The notes beneath the pieces are model-generated. The model did not search any database. It saw nothing but the letters and a program-made list of their open reading frames with translations, and was not told where the DNA came from. Below, piece by piece: positions 46,601 through 59,373 of a stretch of 64,000 nt of DNA; positions within the stretch are counted from its first letter, which is position 1; the number at the start of each line of letters is the position of its first letter. The position numbers were made by a program, and so were the translations under genes. This DNA is from Tubiluchus corallicola (lineage: Eukaryota; Animalia; Priapulida), in NCBI GenBank assembly GCA_030141605.1, contig JAQGDQ010000032.1:372001-436000 (forward strand), written 5' to 3'.

Positions 46601-49053
46601 AACTAATGCAGTAATTGCAGAAAACAAAAAAAAATCTCTAAAATGTCCACCTCAAAAGCTCAAGATCCTCAAACCCACTAACAACATTTAAGGACTAAAC
46701 AACAGTACAAGGGCAATTTCTTATACAACAACAACAAGATTAGTGTGACAACGATTACAATGGGAAATGAGTCGTACAGTTAATCTAGCGAAGAATGAGG
46801 TGAAATGGTGTGATGATTTCTATCATTCATCTATCTATCAACTTCATTTGGAATTTCTAATTTATCAACAATAATAATAATTAACAATATTAACAAGTCA
46901 GCACTGCTGCACGCAGTAATGGCGTCATACATAAATGCTGAGTGCTCCTATAGCTACAAAGGTAAATATCGTCAACTACGATTTTCAATTAAATGTGTTT
47001 CTTACACTCTACCAAATATCGTACAGAGGATATGCAGCTAAGCTAATTAAAACAGCATTTTTTAGAGTACATTTAACTCTATCTATATTACTTTTAGATA
47101 CTGATACCTTATCTAGCAGCTGATTCGTAATCATTAATAAGCCAAATGTGTACTTTTTCTATAGATTTTAATATTATAGCGTAGTAAAAACATTGCATGT
47201 ACAATGCAAGCAGACTTACCCTGCCTGTGGAGCAGAAAATGTAGACTAGTATCATAAAAATTGGGTATTTCTGAAACAACATAATTTGGCAACTCAAAGT
47301 TGTTCTACTTTAACAGACGCACACCAACAATATTACCACAATGACACTGAGCAGTTCACAACAACACAAAATGTTAGAGTTATCAAAGGCTTAAAATGCA
47401 GATTTTGCTTCATAAAGTGGATAAAAAAGTGTTTTCATTACAAATTAACCACAAAATTTTATGAAATGAGACAAATGAATATAACAAGAGAAAATTGTCA
47501 AAAAATGTCATAGACCAAAACTGCACTTGATGACTGAGGCACAAAAACTTCCCATCCTTAATCAATGCAATGGTAGCATAGGACGTATAAGTGAGGTAGT
47601 TCAAAGTCAGACATGGCTGCATGCTCAAATAATGTGACATTCTTATGCAACGATATGTATCATGTTGACGAAAACTCAAGGATGTATTTTCCGTTAGAAA
47701 TTCAAAAAATTCACAAATGTTCTAGGTCACATATGCTGCAAGCCTGCGCTGACACATTTACAAGCACATAATGCAGTTAGTAAATGTTAGTGAGCCATGC
47801 CTGGTAGCGAGAGGTAGAAGTTGTTTTTTGACACAAAATCAACAAAAACATTACTCCCATAGAGTGTATCAAAAATAATTCCAACAATCACTGTAAGGTG
47901 GGTTAGTTTATGTGCTGGACGGTTTCTATTGTCTACTATTAAATGATCAGCTGATTGCTGACTCAGACAATACAACCCACTGTGTAAATGTCAAGGCATA
48001 TAACTAGAAGAAGGCAAGTCATTAGTATAAAACACATATAAAATATCCTGCTGTAGATGCAATTAAGAAAGGTAGGTAGTATTCAGGAAGACGGAAGATC
48101 ACGCTCACCTCACACTACAGTTCTCAAAAGTGGCTCATGGGTTACACTTATCGTCAAATGTACTCAATTTTGTAAAGCCATATATCGCACAAAATGCCTG
48201 GCATCACGAAAAACATGACAGCTTAGCCACGACTGATCCAGTAAAACCCTCACCAAAAGTAAAATTTAGTTTTGCTTTGGCACCAAGCTTGCAAAATGAC
48301 AAACATGTAAAATGTATGGTCAAAACTTACTCAATTCTAGTCATTTCAACATCTTGGTGAGAAAATCCACTTTGAGAATTTCACACAAATTTTTGCTTTC
48401 ATAATGCTCCCAAAAAAGCTCAATTCACATTGATATAAACAGGGCAATGACTACTATAGACTCTAAGGAATTAAAACTCAGAACAAACGGAAGCAACATA
48501 GAGACGATTGTAACTATTTCACTAAAAAAAATTTGTCTGATTGTCAGAAACAAAGCAGTGGCTTTAGCAAAAACAAGTTCAAGAATACAAAACTAACTCA
48601 TTCAAACAGTGCCCTTTAGCTATGCTTAAGCAAAACTGAATTGACCAAATCGAGCCTATCATCCTTAAACAAAAGTTTTACATCTTCCAGTGAAATTACC
48701 AGTTGATAAAACTCCCAGCTTTATAATCATTTAGTTATCCGTATTATTAACCATGTTAGAACAAACGTGCAGGTTTATAGCAGGTAGAATAGGCCACCTA
48801 AGCAAAGAGAAAAAAAACTGCTTATAAAATATTGCTGTTATGCCACAATTACAGACAAAAATGAGAGTTACAAAAATTTGGGCAAACTTTTTAATCATAA
48901 AATTAATGTCTACGTTATCTTATGCGTGAGTGAACTGCATTGTCTCCCTCCATACACTTGGCACCGCTACATACATATAATAAATACATAACAAGTATCA
49001 CCTAGTGGTCTAGCACCTAACTAATATGCTATGTGATACTCGTCGAGCTCTAG

Positions 49054-52000
49054 TCATTCTGGCGCTGAGAAAAGCTCTTTGTGTAAGGCGGGAAATTCCA
49101 GATGAGGATTGTTCATGCGGAACTTGCTCAATACTTGCACGTGTTTATTACTGATATTCCGCAATTGCGCCGACATATGTAACAGCTTCGTAATGGTGTC
49201 GTCACTTGAATGTCGCTTATACAGTTCATCTTTCATTGCATTAACGACACGTTCGTGTAATTTTTCTATCATTTGTATATCAGAGAGACCGTCCCGTACT
49301 GAAAAAAGAAAACGTGACAACATAGCATTGCAAAACGAAGAATATTAATTATAAGCAGTGAACAGTTAACTAATAATCATGCATATATGTCAAACTAAAA
49401 TATGTTTGCTAGAAATAACAGAGAGAATTTAGTGATTGGAATATCAACTTCATTATAAAGGAGTGTAAAATTAAATCCATCTAATTCCATTTTAAAAATT
49501 AGCATGTTAGTCTTTCTTTATAATATTTTGTTCTGAAACCAGTAGTTTGTTCCCTAGAATCAGTTTCCCATTTCGTCATTATAACACGTCACTTCCCCAA
49601 GATAAAGTATTTTGCACTCTCAAGATAAAAGAAAATTGACTGAAAATAGTAGCTGAAGTAGCTTTCTGATATAGTGTCTCAAGGAAATGAAAGCCAGATA
49701 CTGCCTTGGCAAAATCGGATGCTACCTTGAGGGAATGAATTACTAACTTGAAGGAATAAGGCATAACTCGATAATACGAGGTTGATCTTGAAGAAGTCAT
49801 CGATGGTAATGATGCCAAAGTCGATGGTTAAATTGGTATACATAAGAAAATGCTTGTAGCATACATTACAGTAACTTACAGGGTGACAACAAAATAGTGG
49901 CCGCGAACAATGCTGTCTCCATATCAGTTAGCTGAACCATAGTGAGCTCCTTGACAAAAGCAAACACGCTTGTGATCAAGTCCATCTCAGAAGGATCTGA
50001 AAATGAAGATGAATGTCAAACGTTGGCTTTTGCAAAAAATCCAAAATCAAGATAAAGGACTTCATTACTTGTTACCTAAACACAATTCTCATAAGCACAA
50101 TCTTCGTAAGCAGCTGATGTACACTTTGCCTCTTTGCCACACTGAGCAATTTTAAAAATAGTTTTACACCATATGTGCTTTAATTAATGAGACACCGAGT
50201 TAATGCATTTTAATAAAATCAATCTTATCGTAAATATTGTCTTTTAATGTAATGTATTGTAATTTAACCTCCGGGTTTAAAGATTTAATAAACTTAAAGT
50301 TATAGTCAGTGCAAAAAAATGAATGAAACTCTTTCATAGTAATGACGTACAAGATAGGAAGACAAAATAAAAAAATGAGTAGTTGACTGAGCTGACATTG
50401 TCTGTTGATAAAGAATATCTATATATACACACACACACTTTTCATATCCGTATATATATTAGATTTGAAAACAAAAATCTACAATAAAACAAAATTAAAA
50501 CCGCTGAAATATTTCAGCTCTGGTACTAAGTTTTATCATTTTATCATTAGATGTGAGCAGTGAATGTTCGGCAAAGTGCCAAAAAGTATAAAGAAACACG
50601 TTCAATATCAGGGTTACATTTTCTAAAAAAACCGACTGAAAAGTGTTTACATACCATCACTATAGAAAATTTCTATTGGCGTAAACATGTCCCCATATAA
50701 TACTCTGTTTGTGGCCGTGTCAAAATTCTGACCCATCCTAATCAGACTTATTTCAAATGCTGCTGCTTTTAAAAGCATAATCTGATCATCCTGTAAAAAA
50801 GCAAATACACATGTTGTATGACTAACTATTTTAAGTTATGCTAGAACTGATTAATGTGCACAGTTATTATTTAGAATCTAAATTTCAATATTATTAGCTA
50901 ATGAGGGAACAATACTTGTTTTAAATTTTCATAACTGAACCTAATTAGAAAGTATTCAGACTCGGCCATGATAATCAGGATGTGGATTACAAGTTTAGTG
51001 CCTTGACTATTAAGTCTCTGTATGATATAGTGGTCATGGCAAAAAAATTCCATTAAAAGAACTGAATTTCCTAGTATGTAAGAGTTTTTACCTATGTTTG
51101 TGCCAATAATCCTTAGCTCACAAGGTAATTAATGTAAAACTAGTACAATGAATCTTTTGCGTACAAAACTGTTTATGTAATATAAGCTTGTTTACTAATT
51201 CCACTTATTCTTGACTATAAATAATTAAATACTTTGTCTGGTAATGTATAAAACTGCTAGTGATGCTGTTACTGTATAAAATCTTTTAATATGGTTAAAA
51301 GTATGTATTTCAGAAAGAGAATTAATTTTTTTCTATTATAAATTACATAGTTTTATTTTTTTATAGTTTTTTCAATTTTTTAGAGAGATAATTACAAAAA
51401 AAATCTGTACAAATTTTGGTCAAAATGATTTGAAGTACTATTAGTTGCTAATGCATAGCTTCTATTAAAAGCATTCAATAAAAATGCTATAAAATGATCA
51501 TTCTAGATAAACTGATAAAATCAAACAAATTACCCGCTGTTCAAATATAGGCAGGTACTAACTCATTTACATACTTTTCAACATTAGTGAAGCGAATATT
51601 AATTCATCCGCAGCTGTTTTCAGCTCTGTAAGAATTCTTCTATAAAACATAAAGTCAATGTTTTTTGGTTTGTTTAGGCCTGCTGCTGTATATTACATTA
51701 AAATATTAAAAAAGCAAAACCTTCCTTTTATGTCATGTCTTACACCATGCGTTTGCAATATATGGCACTAAATGACACCTGTCATGATATCAGCTACATA
51801 CCTGAGAAAGTTTCATGAAGCCTGGTATCATTTTGGCAAACTCAATGATGTTCTGTATAACATTAGTGAGCTTTGTGGCACCATCCATCCACATCTGTTC
51901 ATGTGTCTAAAAACAACAAGCATATGTTACCTTAGGCAGTATCTTGCACATATTCGTTTCTCGTTCATACACATTGCATACAGTTTTAGTGTTTTACAGT

Positions 52001-55000
52001 AGATATTGTAATAGATATATAAAAACTAATAAAACTCTGTACATTATCCTGTAATAGGTACCAAGCCATTAAACACATTTAAAATTTTATGTTACATTAA
52101 ACTCACAAAAAGAACTCAAATAATTCAGGTATTTGTACATAATATGTATTAGTTTTGTAAGTCAATCAGATGCAATAACCAAATATAAATGAGCAGTACT
52201 CATGTGAGCAGCATTCTCACATCATAAAGAACTGCTATTGTCATGCAATAGAAAAGCTAAGAATGGAGTATGAAATTTTACATCGCTTCCAAAGTAAAAT
52301 ACTGAGAACAGGCAGAAAAGTGAATACAAATAAACATTAAAACAAGTACAATTACCATTGTTTTATACATTAAAATTTGGTTAGGGTCTGGGTGCTGTAG
52401 TCGTAACTGTTCAACTTGGTCTAACGTGTATAATGCTGTCCTCTGATAGGCATCCAATACTGTTTTTGACAAATGTTCTAAAATGCACAAAATAAAAAGA
52501 ATAAAATAGTGACTACCATAGTATTATCAGCACTAAAACAATTATTTCTATAAACAGTAATGATATTTTGTTTAAACAAAGGAATTAGTGGTTATTGTGT
52601 ATACAGAAGGAACATGTACTGACAGGGGACAGGTCATTTGGGCGCCAGACACTTGGGCGCCGACTCTCTTGGGTGCAAGATATTTGGGCGCCAGGCAGTA
52701 CAAAATGTGATGTCCGTAGTTGGCTTATTAGATGATTCCTCTTTGACTGCTTGTTTACATTCCAAAAATTATTATAAACTTTTGAAATTTACCTAACGTT
52801 TTTGTAAGCAAATAAATAATTATTTTTGTGAGTACGATTGTGTAATTGTCACTAGAAATAACTAAAACACTCACCTTGCATTAAAGACTCTGCTGCTGAA
52901 CACAGATGGAAATATTGCATTTTACAAAAGATATCACGAAGAAACTAATCATGAAAGTGATAATTATGTATTAAGCATTTTTTCTCATTAGCTGATCTGT
53001 TTTCTTTCGAATAGGCAGCTATTACAAATAACTTAACCTTACATCATACCAAGCCCTGGATAAATAGTTACACGTTAACTTTAGATTATCGTTGGCTAGC
53101 TTGGAATAAACATTGCTAATAATGCATAACTACATCTCACTGTTTATGTTACTGACATGCTTTGTTCATCTTAACAACTATACATGCGCTAGCACTGACG
53201 GTGGAGAAAGTGCAGAAAGGCAATTAACTGGTTTTACTTGTGCTATATGACATTACGACAGAGTTATATAACAATAATAAACATTATGACAGTGTCTGGA
53301 GGTGGACATAGGGAATCAATAAAAATTTAATGAACAAAATATAAACAAATTTAGGTACGTTATCAAATTTTGTTATGCCCAAATGTCTCGTGCCCAAGTG
53401 TCTTGTACCCAAATGCCTCGTGCCAAATGTCCCATGCCCAAATGTCACATACTCGTACTGATTAAATCGCCATCTAACATATACACATGTTACATGTAAT
53501 ATATACACATGTTGATATGTGTATATATATATATATACACACATATATGCCAGTGTATATCCTAGGACATACGAGTGTATTTAAGGATTTCAAAGCTAAA
53601 GCTCCAGTAACTTCATTACTTTTGACAGCTCTTACATTAAATGAAGCATCAATCTAATAGCTTCTTGTCAATGGTTTTATTTTTTAATTTGAGCCAGCAA
53701 ATGAAATAGGATAAAAAAACCATGCCATTTTTGCCTGTTACTACAGTTTCCTAGGTAGGGTAGAAAAATTTCAATTTAATCACAATTATGAACAATTTAT
53801 CAAATCTGTTCATGAAGTAATGAAATTTACTTTCACTACGTTAGTGATATACGTAGTTGTGCATTGTCAGTTCTTTGCCCACTTTTACTGAAAATAAATA
53901 ATGAAGCTCACAAAAGAAAATGTATTAACAGACAACGCTTTAACTGCTTAAAGATGACCTTCCATTAAAATGACCACATTTATCAGATAGTGTGAGAATT
54001 TAAATTTTCAAGTTTTACATAAGACGTAGATGAGATAAAACATCGAGGCAATTTTTTAGCTTCATGTAAAAATTTCTTGAACCTGTCCTTAGACAAACTG
54101 TGCCCAAAAAATCAAAACAAACTTCTTGACAATAAGACAAAAAACAAAGAAGCATTAAAACAATATAACCAGGAGTATTTCATTTGTCTTTAGCAATTTA
54201 GTCCAATGCCAAAAGATCATACCTATTTCTAAAATTTGTATGCCATTGTCCGGCTGTATACTATGTACGCTATGCGCTTCGGATTTTATACGTATATCGT
54301 ACTCAGACGTTGTCGTTGGAAGATGTGTATAAGAAGGCTCAGGCTTCACACTGTACGACAAGTCCTGCGTCGATGGATACGGATAACCATTTAATGGCGA
54401 CGTCTGTTGGTGATAACCTCTGCAAACAGTATCATATTTGAAAATATAAATACTGAATCTAAAAATTGGGTAAAATTCAAATAAACACTTATTTTTTTAA
54501 GCTGAAAATAAACGTAAGTGACATAGAATAAAAAACTGTAAAGTAAGCTAGTATACAAACGATTTCTTAAAATTCAGGCATCTTACATACTATGGTGAGG
54601 TCTCAAATGCACACGATGGAGTTTAATATGGTTTAGATTTAGTCAAAACAATCCAGATAGCTCATATATGGTCAACAGACACTTCTTTAATAAACTTCAT
54701 AAAATCAGTATTATTAGTTCTACTAGGATCAACTTCAGCTACTAAATAATTGCGATAATCATAATTATTGTTATTTAAAAATTATATCACAGTAAATGGT
54801 AATGACAAGCAAACACAATGTGCCAAACTGACTCGCAGGAACTTTACGTATACAAATTGCAAAGCAATATACAAATTGTTGTATTCCCTTTTACAGCAAA
54901 AAACTTCTGTCCATCTACATTCTGATTTTGTAATTTACACAGCAGTAATCCACATTTTTGTTCACTAATGTTTATGTGACATTGACTGCGAAAAGTACAC

Positions 55001-58000
55001 TAACTTTGCAAATGCCAAGTGGCTGCTAATAAACTACATAAATTATATGAACACAATAAAAAAAAGGTTTTACGGGCCAATTATGCTTCATTAGCTACAG
55101 GCCATTATCAAAAAACAAAAAAATATAAAACAAAATAGAAAATGCTGTTACTGCTACTGCTATATACTATTCTTCAAAACTATTTCCAGCAGGCTTCAAG
55201 AGAATGAAAACTGCTGCTTACAAAAGATATTTATTTGTTGAATCTTGTGAACTAGATGGTTGAATTTGTGTTAGATGCGCTTGAGCTTCGTATTGACTCA
55301 TCAGCGCTCGATGTTCCTTGTGCCATCGCACCTCATCTTCAACTCTTTCCCGCTGCTTCTTTGACATTCGTCCAAATTTTACAGCTGAAACACACACAAA
55401 TGCACAAATAATCGTACCAATTTCAATACAATCTGTAACAATATAAAAATGCTAGCCAATGCCCAGGTGAATAAAAGCAAAGCTACTTTGAAACATTATG
55501 CAGATTTGAAGTGATAAAGAAACTCAAAAATAAAAATCTCCTAGCCTGTGTGTAAGTAAAGCGTAGGTATTTTTGTAATACTTATTTTACCTATACAAGC
55601 TATTTGACACTTAAAGAAGGCTTGTTTTTACTTTAATAAAAGAGAATCAAACATCCTGGAGTAATTTACTAAACAAAAAATGCCATCACATCTGGTGATT
55701 TGATACTAAGTCAGGCTAGTGGAAACATTTTGAAACCAGCACGCATACAGTTGCACTTTTGCCATAACAAATAACTATCTCAAACAAAATGACATTGTAA
55801 TCTTCGACTATGAGCAATGATAAATTAAAAGTAATTTTATCCTGACTCGAAATGAAAATGGTTGCAGCGGTGCATTGCTATCATGCATGAATAAGGCCTG
55901 AGGTTTAATTAGCCATGAGATTGATTAAGACAGTACAATTTCCAAAAAATTTTCTTCCAGCAAGTCACTCTTGACCGGTCAATGGAAAATTTAGAAACAT
56001 GGGCAATTATTAGGTCTCTACTTCTCAACTTCGAATGGAGCACTCATAAAGCAGATCCACTACTTGAACAATTTATACAGGATGAAAAACCCTTATCCTT
56101 GATAAAGCACATTTTTTCAGAGTGCCATATCACATGGCAAGCAGTGCAAAGTACCAACAGAACAACTAAGTGAACCTCAGAAACATCAAAGTACCTTCCC
56201 ATCTCACTGTAGATCTAATTCAGGTCTACAATAGTAAAACAATACTACGCTTGCATCCGGCGTGGTGCTGACATGCCATTGGAATAACTGTGTCTAGTTT
56301 TTTTACTGGATTAACTGCTGTGTTTACCTGTTTTTAGTGCAATTTCTTTTGTTTCAGAATGCTGCCTACCCAATCAATGTTTGTAATAGACATAATGGGC
56401 ATGATGATGTTAGTAGAATAAAGCAAGTCGGGACCAGTGTGTGAACATTATTTCTGCTTTCTATGGAATTTTGCACCAATCCAAATTTGGTGTACCACAG
56501 TAACTAACACTAAATTGCAAATATGTAATGATGTCACCAATGCAACAAGCCCTATCATTCTATAATTTTGGTACTGCTACTGGTGCCACACTGTGTGCAC
56601 ATTTTGATGTTTATCAACAGAAGACAGAAAATTAGAAATATATACGCATGCCTCGTAGGGTGTCACTACACTCAAGGACAGCTTTGATTTGCATTAATGT
56701 GAGCATAAAAAATTTACCATCTCGTGACATGCCTAATGCTAGGCATTTTTGTAGGCGACAATACTGACACCGATTTCTATTGACACGATCTACGACACAG
56801 TTTTTCTGTCTAGGACATTGGTAGTTCACCACACTGCTTTGGCTGCGTCGGAAAAAGCCCTGAAACAAATAAAGAAGACCAAAATAAACATAAAATATGT
56901 ACAGTAGAATTCTATTTTGTATGGCCATCTATTTTCTTCTGTTGTGATTAAATCTGCATAAATTGGGATGCATAGCTTTTCAAAAGATCGACATCCTAAA
57001 CCATGGATAATTTACGAATATTTTTAAGAAATTATGAAGAGTAAGACAGATCTATAACACTACTGGCACTCACTACAACAATATGAAGCTATAAACAAGT
57101 GCATATTAATCAAATAGACAAATATCAGGCAAACTAACATAGAAAATGAAATGCAAAAAGCATTTTAACGAATTTTAAAAATATATATATATAGTTTACA
57201 ATGTTCACCTAAAGATGGCTTAAAAATACCTGCATCCATAAGGCAAAATAGCATACGTTTTGTGATAAAAATAATTTGCAAACATTTTTAGAATTCCAGA
57301 TCTTTGATACTAGTGTTTGTAGAAATACAACCGCTCCAAACTGTCTTATTAAAAACATTGAAAAATAATACAAAAATTAAAGGAACGTTTTGATAGTTAT
57401 ATCCATTCAAGTTGTCTTAAAACAGAACCAACAGCGCTTGAAATTGTGACAAACAATAAGCACAATAACCTTGTCACGTTTATTAATATTTGCCCGCTGC
57501 ACAGTAAAATACAGCAGCGCTATAATAAACAACTTGTACAATCCACCGTAGGTAGCAGCACGATCATGCTAGTTATCATTTTAGAATGTACTTGATTCGC
57601 TGTAGAATCCTGCGTGTCCTATACTGAAAACAAACTTGGTTCGTTCACAGCAGCTGATTTAAAGATTTTTCAGATACTTACGAAAAACGAAGGACACCAA
57701 CCAACACTTTTCATCAACATAATTCCAATAGTGCAATAATTATAGCGACAAACACAAATTTATATAATAACATTCTAAAATGTGACGTCTTAAGGCTCTA
57801 TCCCGCCACTATGTGGCAGCACATACATAATTTTTAATCAGCACATTCAATATTATTTTCTTCGCACCACTTCCGCTTCTGTTTGAACTCCAGTATAAAC
57901 ATTGCGCATAGAAATTTAGCCAGGGTCATTTACATTCTATTGAACTGCTTCCTTTAGCTTAGTTTAAAAAACTCAGTTTGATTTTTTCAGCTCAGAAATT

Positions 58001-59373
58001 TGAAGTTCCTTAGTGGACCAAAAGAAAACCGCTAGTGACATATGTATTTGAGAAAAGCTGAAGGCTTATACTGTCATGATTAGGATTAACAGGATACTCT
58101 CATAGAAACCCGATACATTTCCACAATTAAAGATTTAAACGTTACTAGGGTTGGTGCGGCAATCACCAGGGCAAGCAAATTATTCCATTCGTTCACTACT
58201 CTCACAGTAAATGAATATTTACAAATACGAATCTCGAAACGTGACTGCTCTTTAAAAAGTTTGAATTTGTGTCCTCCAGTTTTTGAGTCCACAACCAGAT
58301 TAAAGAAAATCTCGAAATAAAAAATTTATACAAAAATAAGGAAGATTACTTAAGCTTTATTAAGCACTCCGTTAAATGTTAAGTAAAACAGTTTGTGATG
58401 CAGCCAATTTGTCAAAAACAAATAATAGCTTGTATCTTTATAATGGTATGGGTTACTGTCCACAGATGGCGACCCTGTAGTGTACTATAAAATGTGTTTT
58501 AAATTCCTTACATTGCGTGCATTGTTTTAGAGCTTTTTATTTCGTTTTATTTTTTTTAAACTGCTGGAAAATAGCCATGAGGTAATGTTACCGTTTTGTA
58601 AATTTTGACAATAAATAAAATTTTTACTACTACTACTACTACTACTTTACTACTAGAGAGATTACTGCAAACGACCGAAGGCATTCAAAGCTGAAAATAC
58701 TATGGTACCCACCTAATAAACCATACTGTGAAATTCAGTAGTATATTGCACTGAATTAACCTACTTTATTCATAAAAATTCCATTGTGTGTTTAACAAAA
58801 AAGTACAGATTGATGCAACGTTCAAAAGTCTACATAAAACTCTCCGAAACTAAACACCTCATCCTGAACTACACACTAGTGACCACATTATATGGCATCC
58901 ACTCTCTACAACACAATTATCTATTTCTCATAAATTATACAGCCTATGTTATATATAACAGCATATTTCAAGATCAGGGCGCCATTTCAGATCATGCGTT
59001 TACTTGCTACCGTGCAGACTATGAAAACTACGACCCGTCAATTATTATGTATACAAGCACCAATATCTCATGTACGAAAAAGTAAACTTACTTGTTTATT
59101 CTTTTAGATATATATCAGTGTGTTAGCCTTGGCGGTTATACAGCACTTCCCAGTTTACTAACTGACGTGTAAGGGGCACACGACACGAATTCATTGAAAA
59201 AAGCATGTAATCCTAATTAACTATATTATACACGTTTTAATATTTTAGTAATCATTCATCCTCGTAAGTAGGGACTCCCATAATTACCTTGCAGCCCTCG
59301 CAGGTGATGACCCCGTAATGAACTCCTGATGACTTGTCACCGCATACTTTACATGGGATTATCTCTATTTGAG
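49054..59373 (-). CDS. HR3: Nuclear receptor HR3 (NR1F, ROR/nhr-23 ortholog); exons 59288-59373, 56718-56859, 55222-55384, 54223-54419, 52356-52477, 51802-51906, 50655-50790, 49880-49996, 49054-49298; start exon upstream (candidate 62030-62033)
   Basis: [113 protein letters not shown] and AF2 FPALHKELF. All splice phases are compatible. Confidence 0.96.
52625..53454. mobile_element. Foldback/Mutator-like non-autonomous element with ~15-bp tandem repeats in its TIRs
   Basis: Left arm (gacatttgggcgcca)-like x4; right arm inverted (gcccaaatgtctcgt)-like x5. Flanks gtactgaca / gtactgatt match at 7 of 9 positions, consistent with a 9-bp TSD. Confidence 0.7.
58086..58310 (-). mobile_element. CR1/L2-type LINE ORF2 C-terminal fragment
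   Basis: [10 protein letters not shown]...R...[12 protein letters not shown]...VI.APTL.TFK is the typical CR1 3' motif. Confidence 0.8.

Noticed and set aside
47592-47615. let-7 miRNA gene on the plus strand
   Set aside because: The match covers only 9 nt and there is no precursor hairpin; it is better explained as a target site in the minus-strand mRNA.
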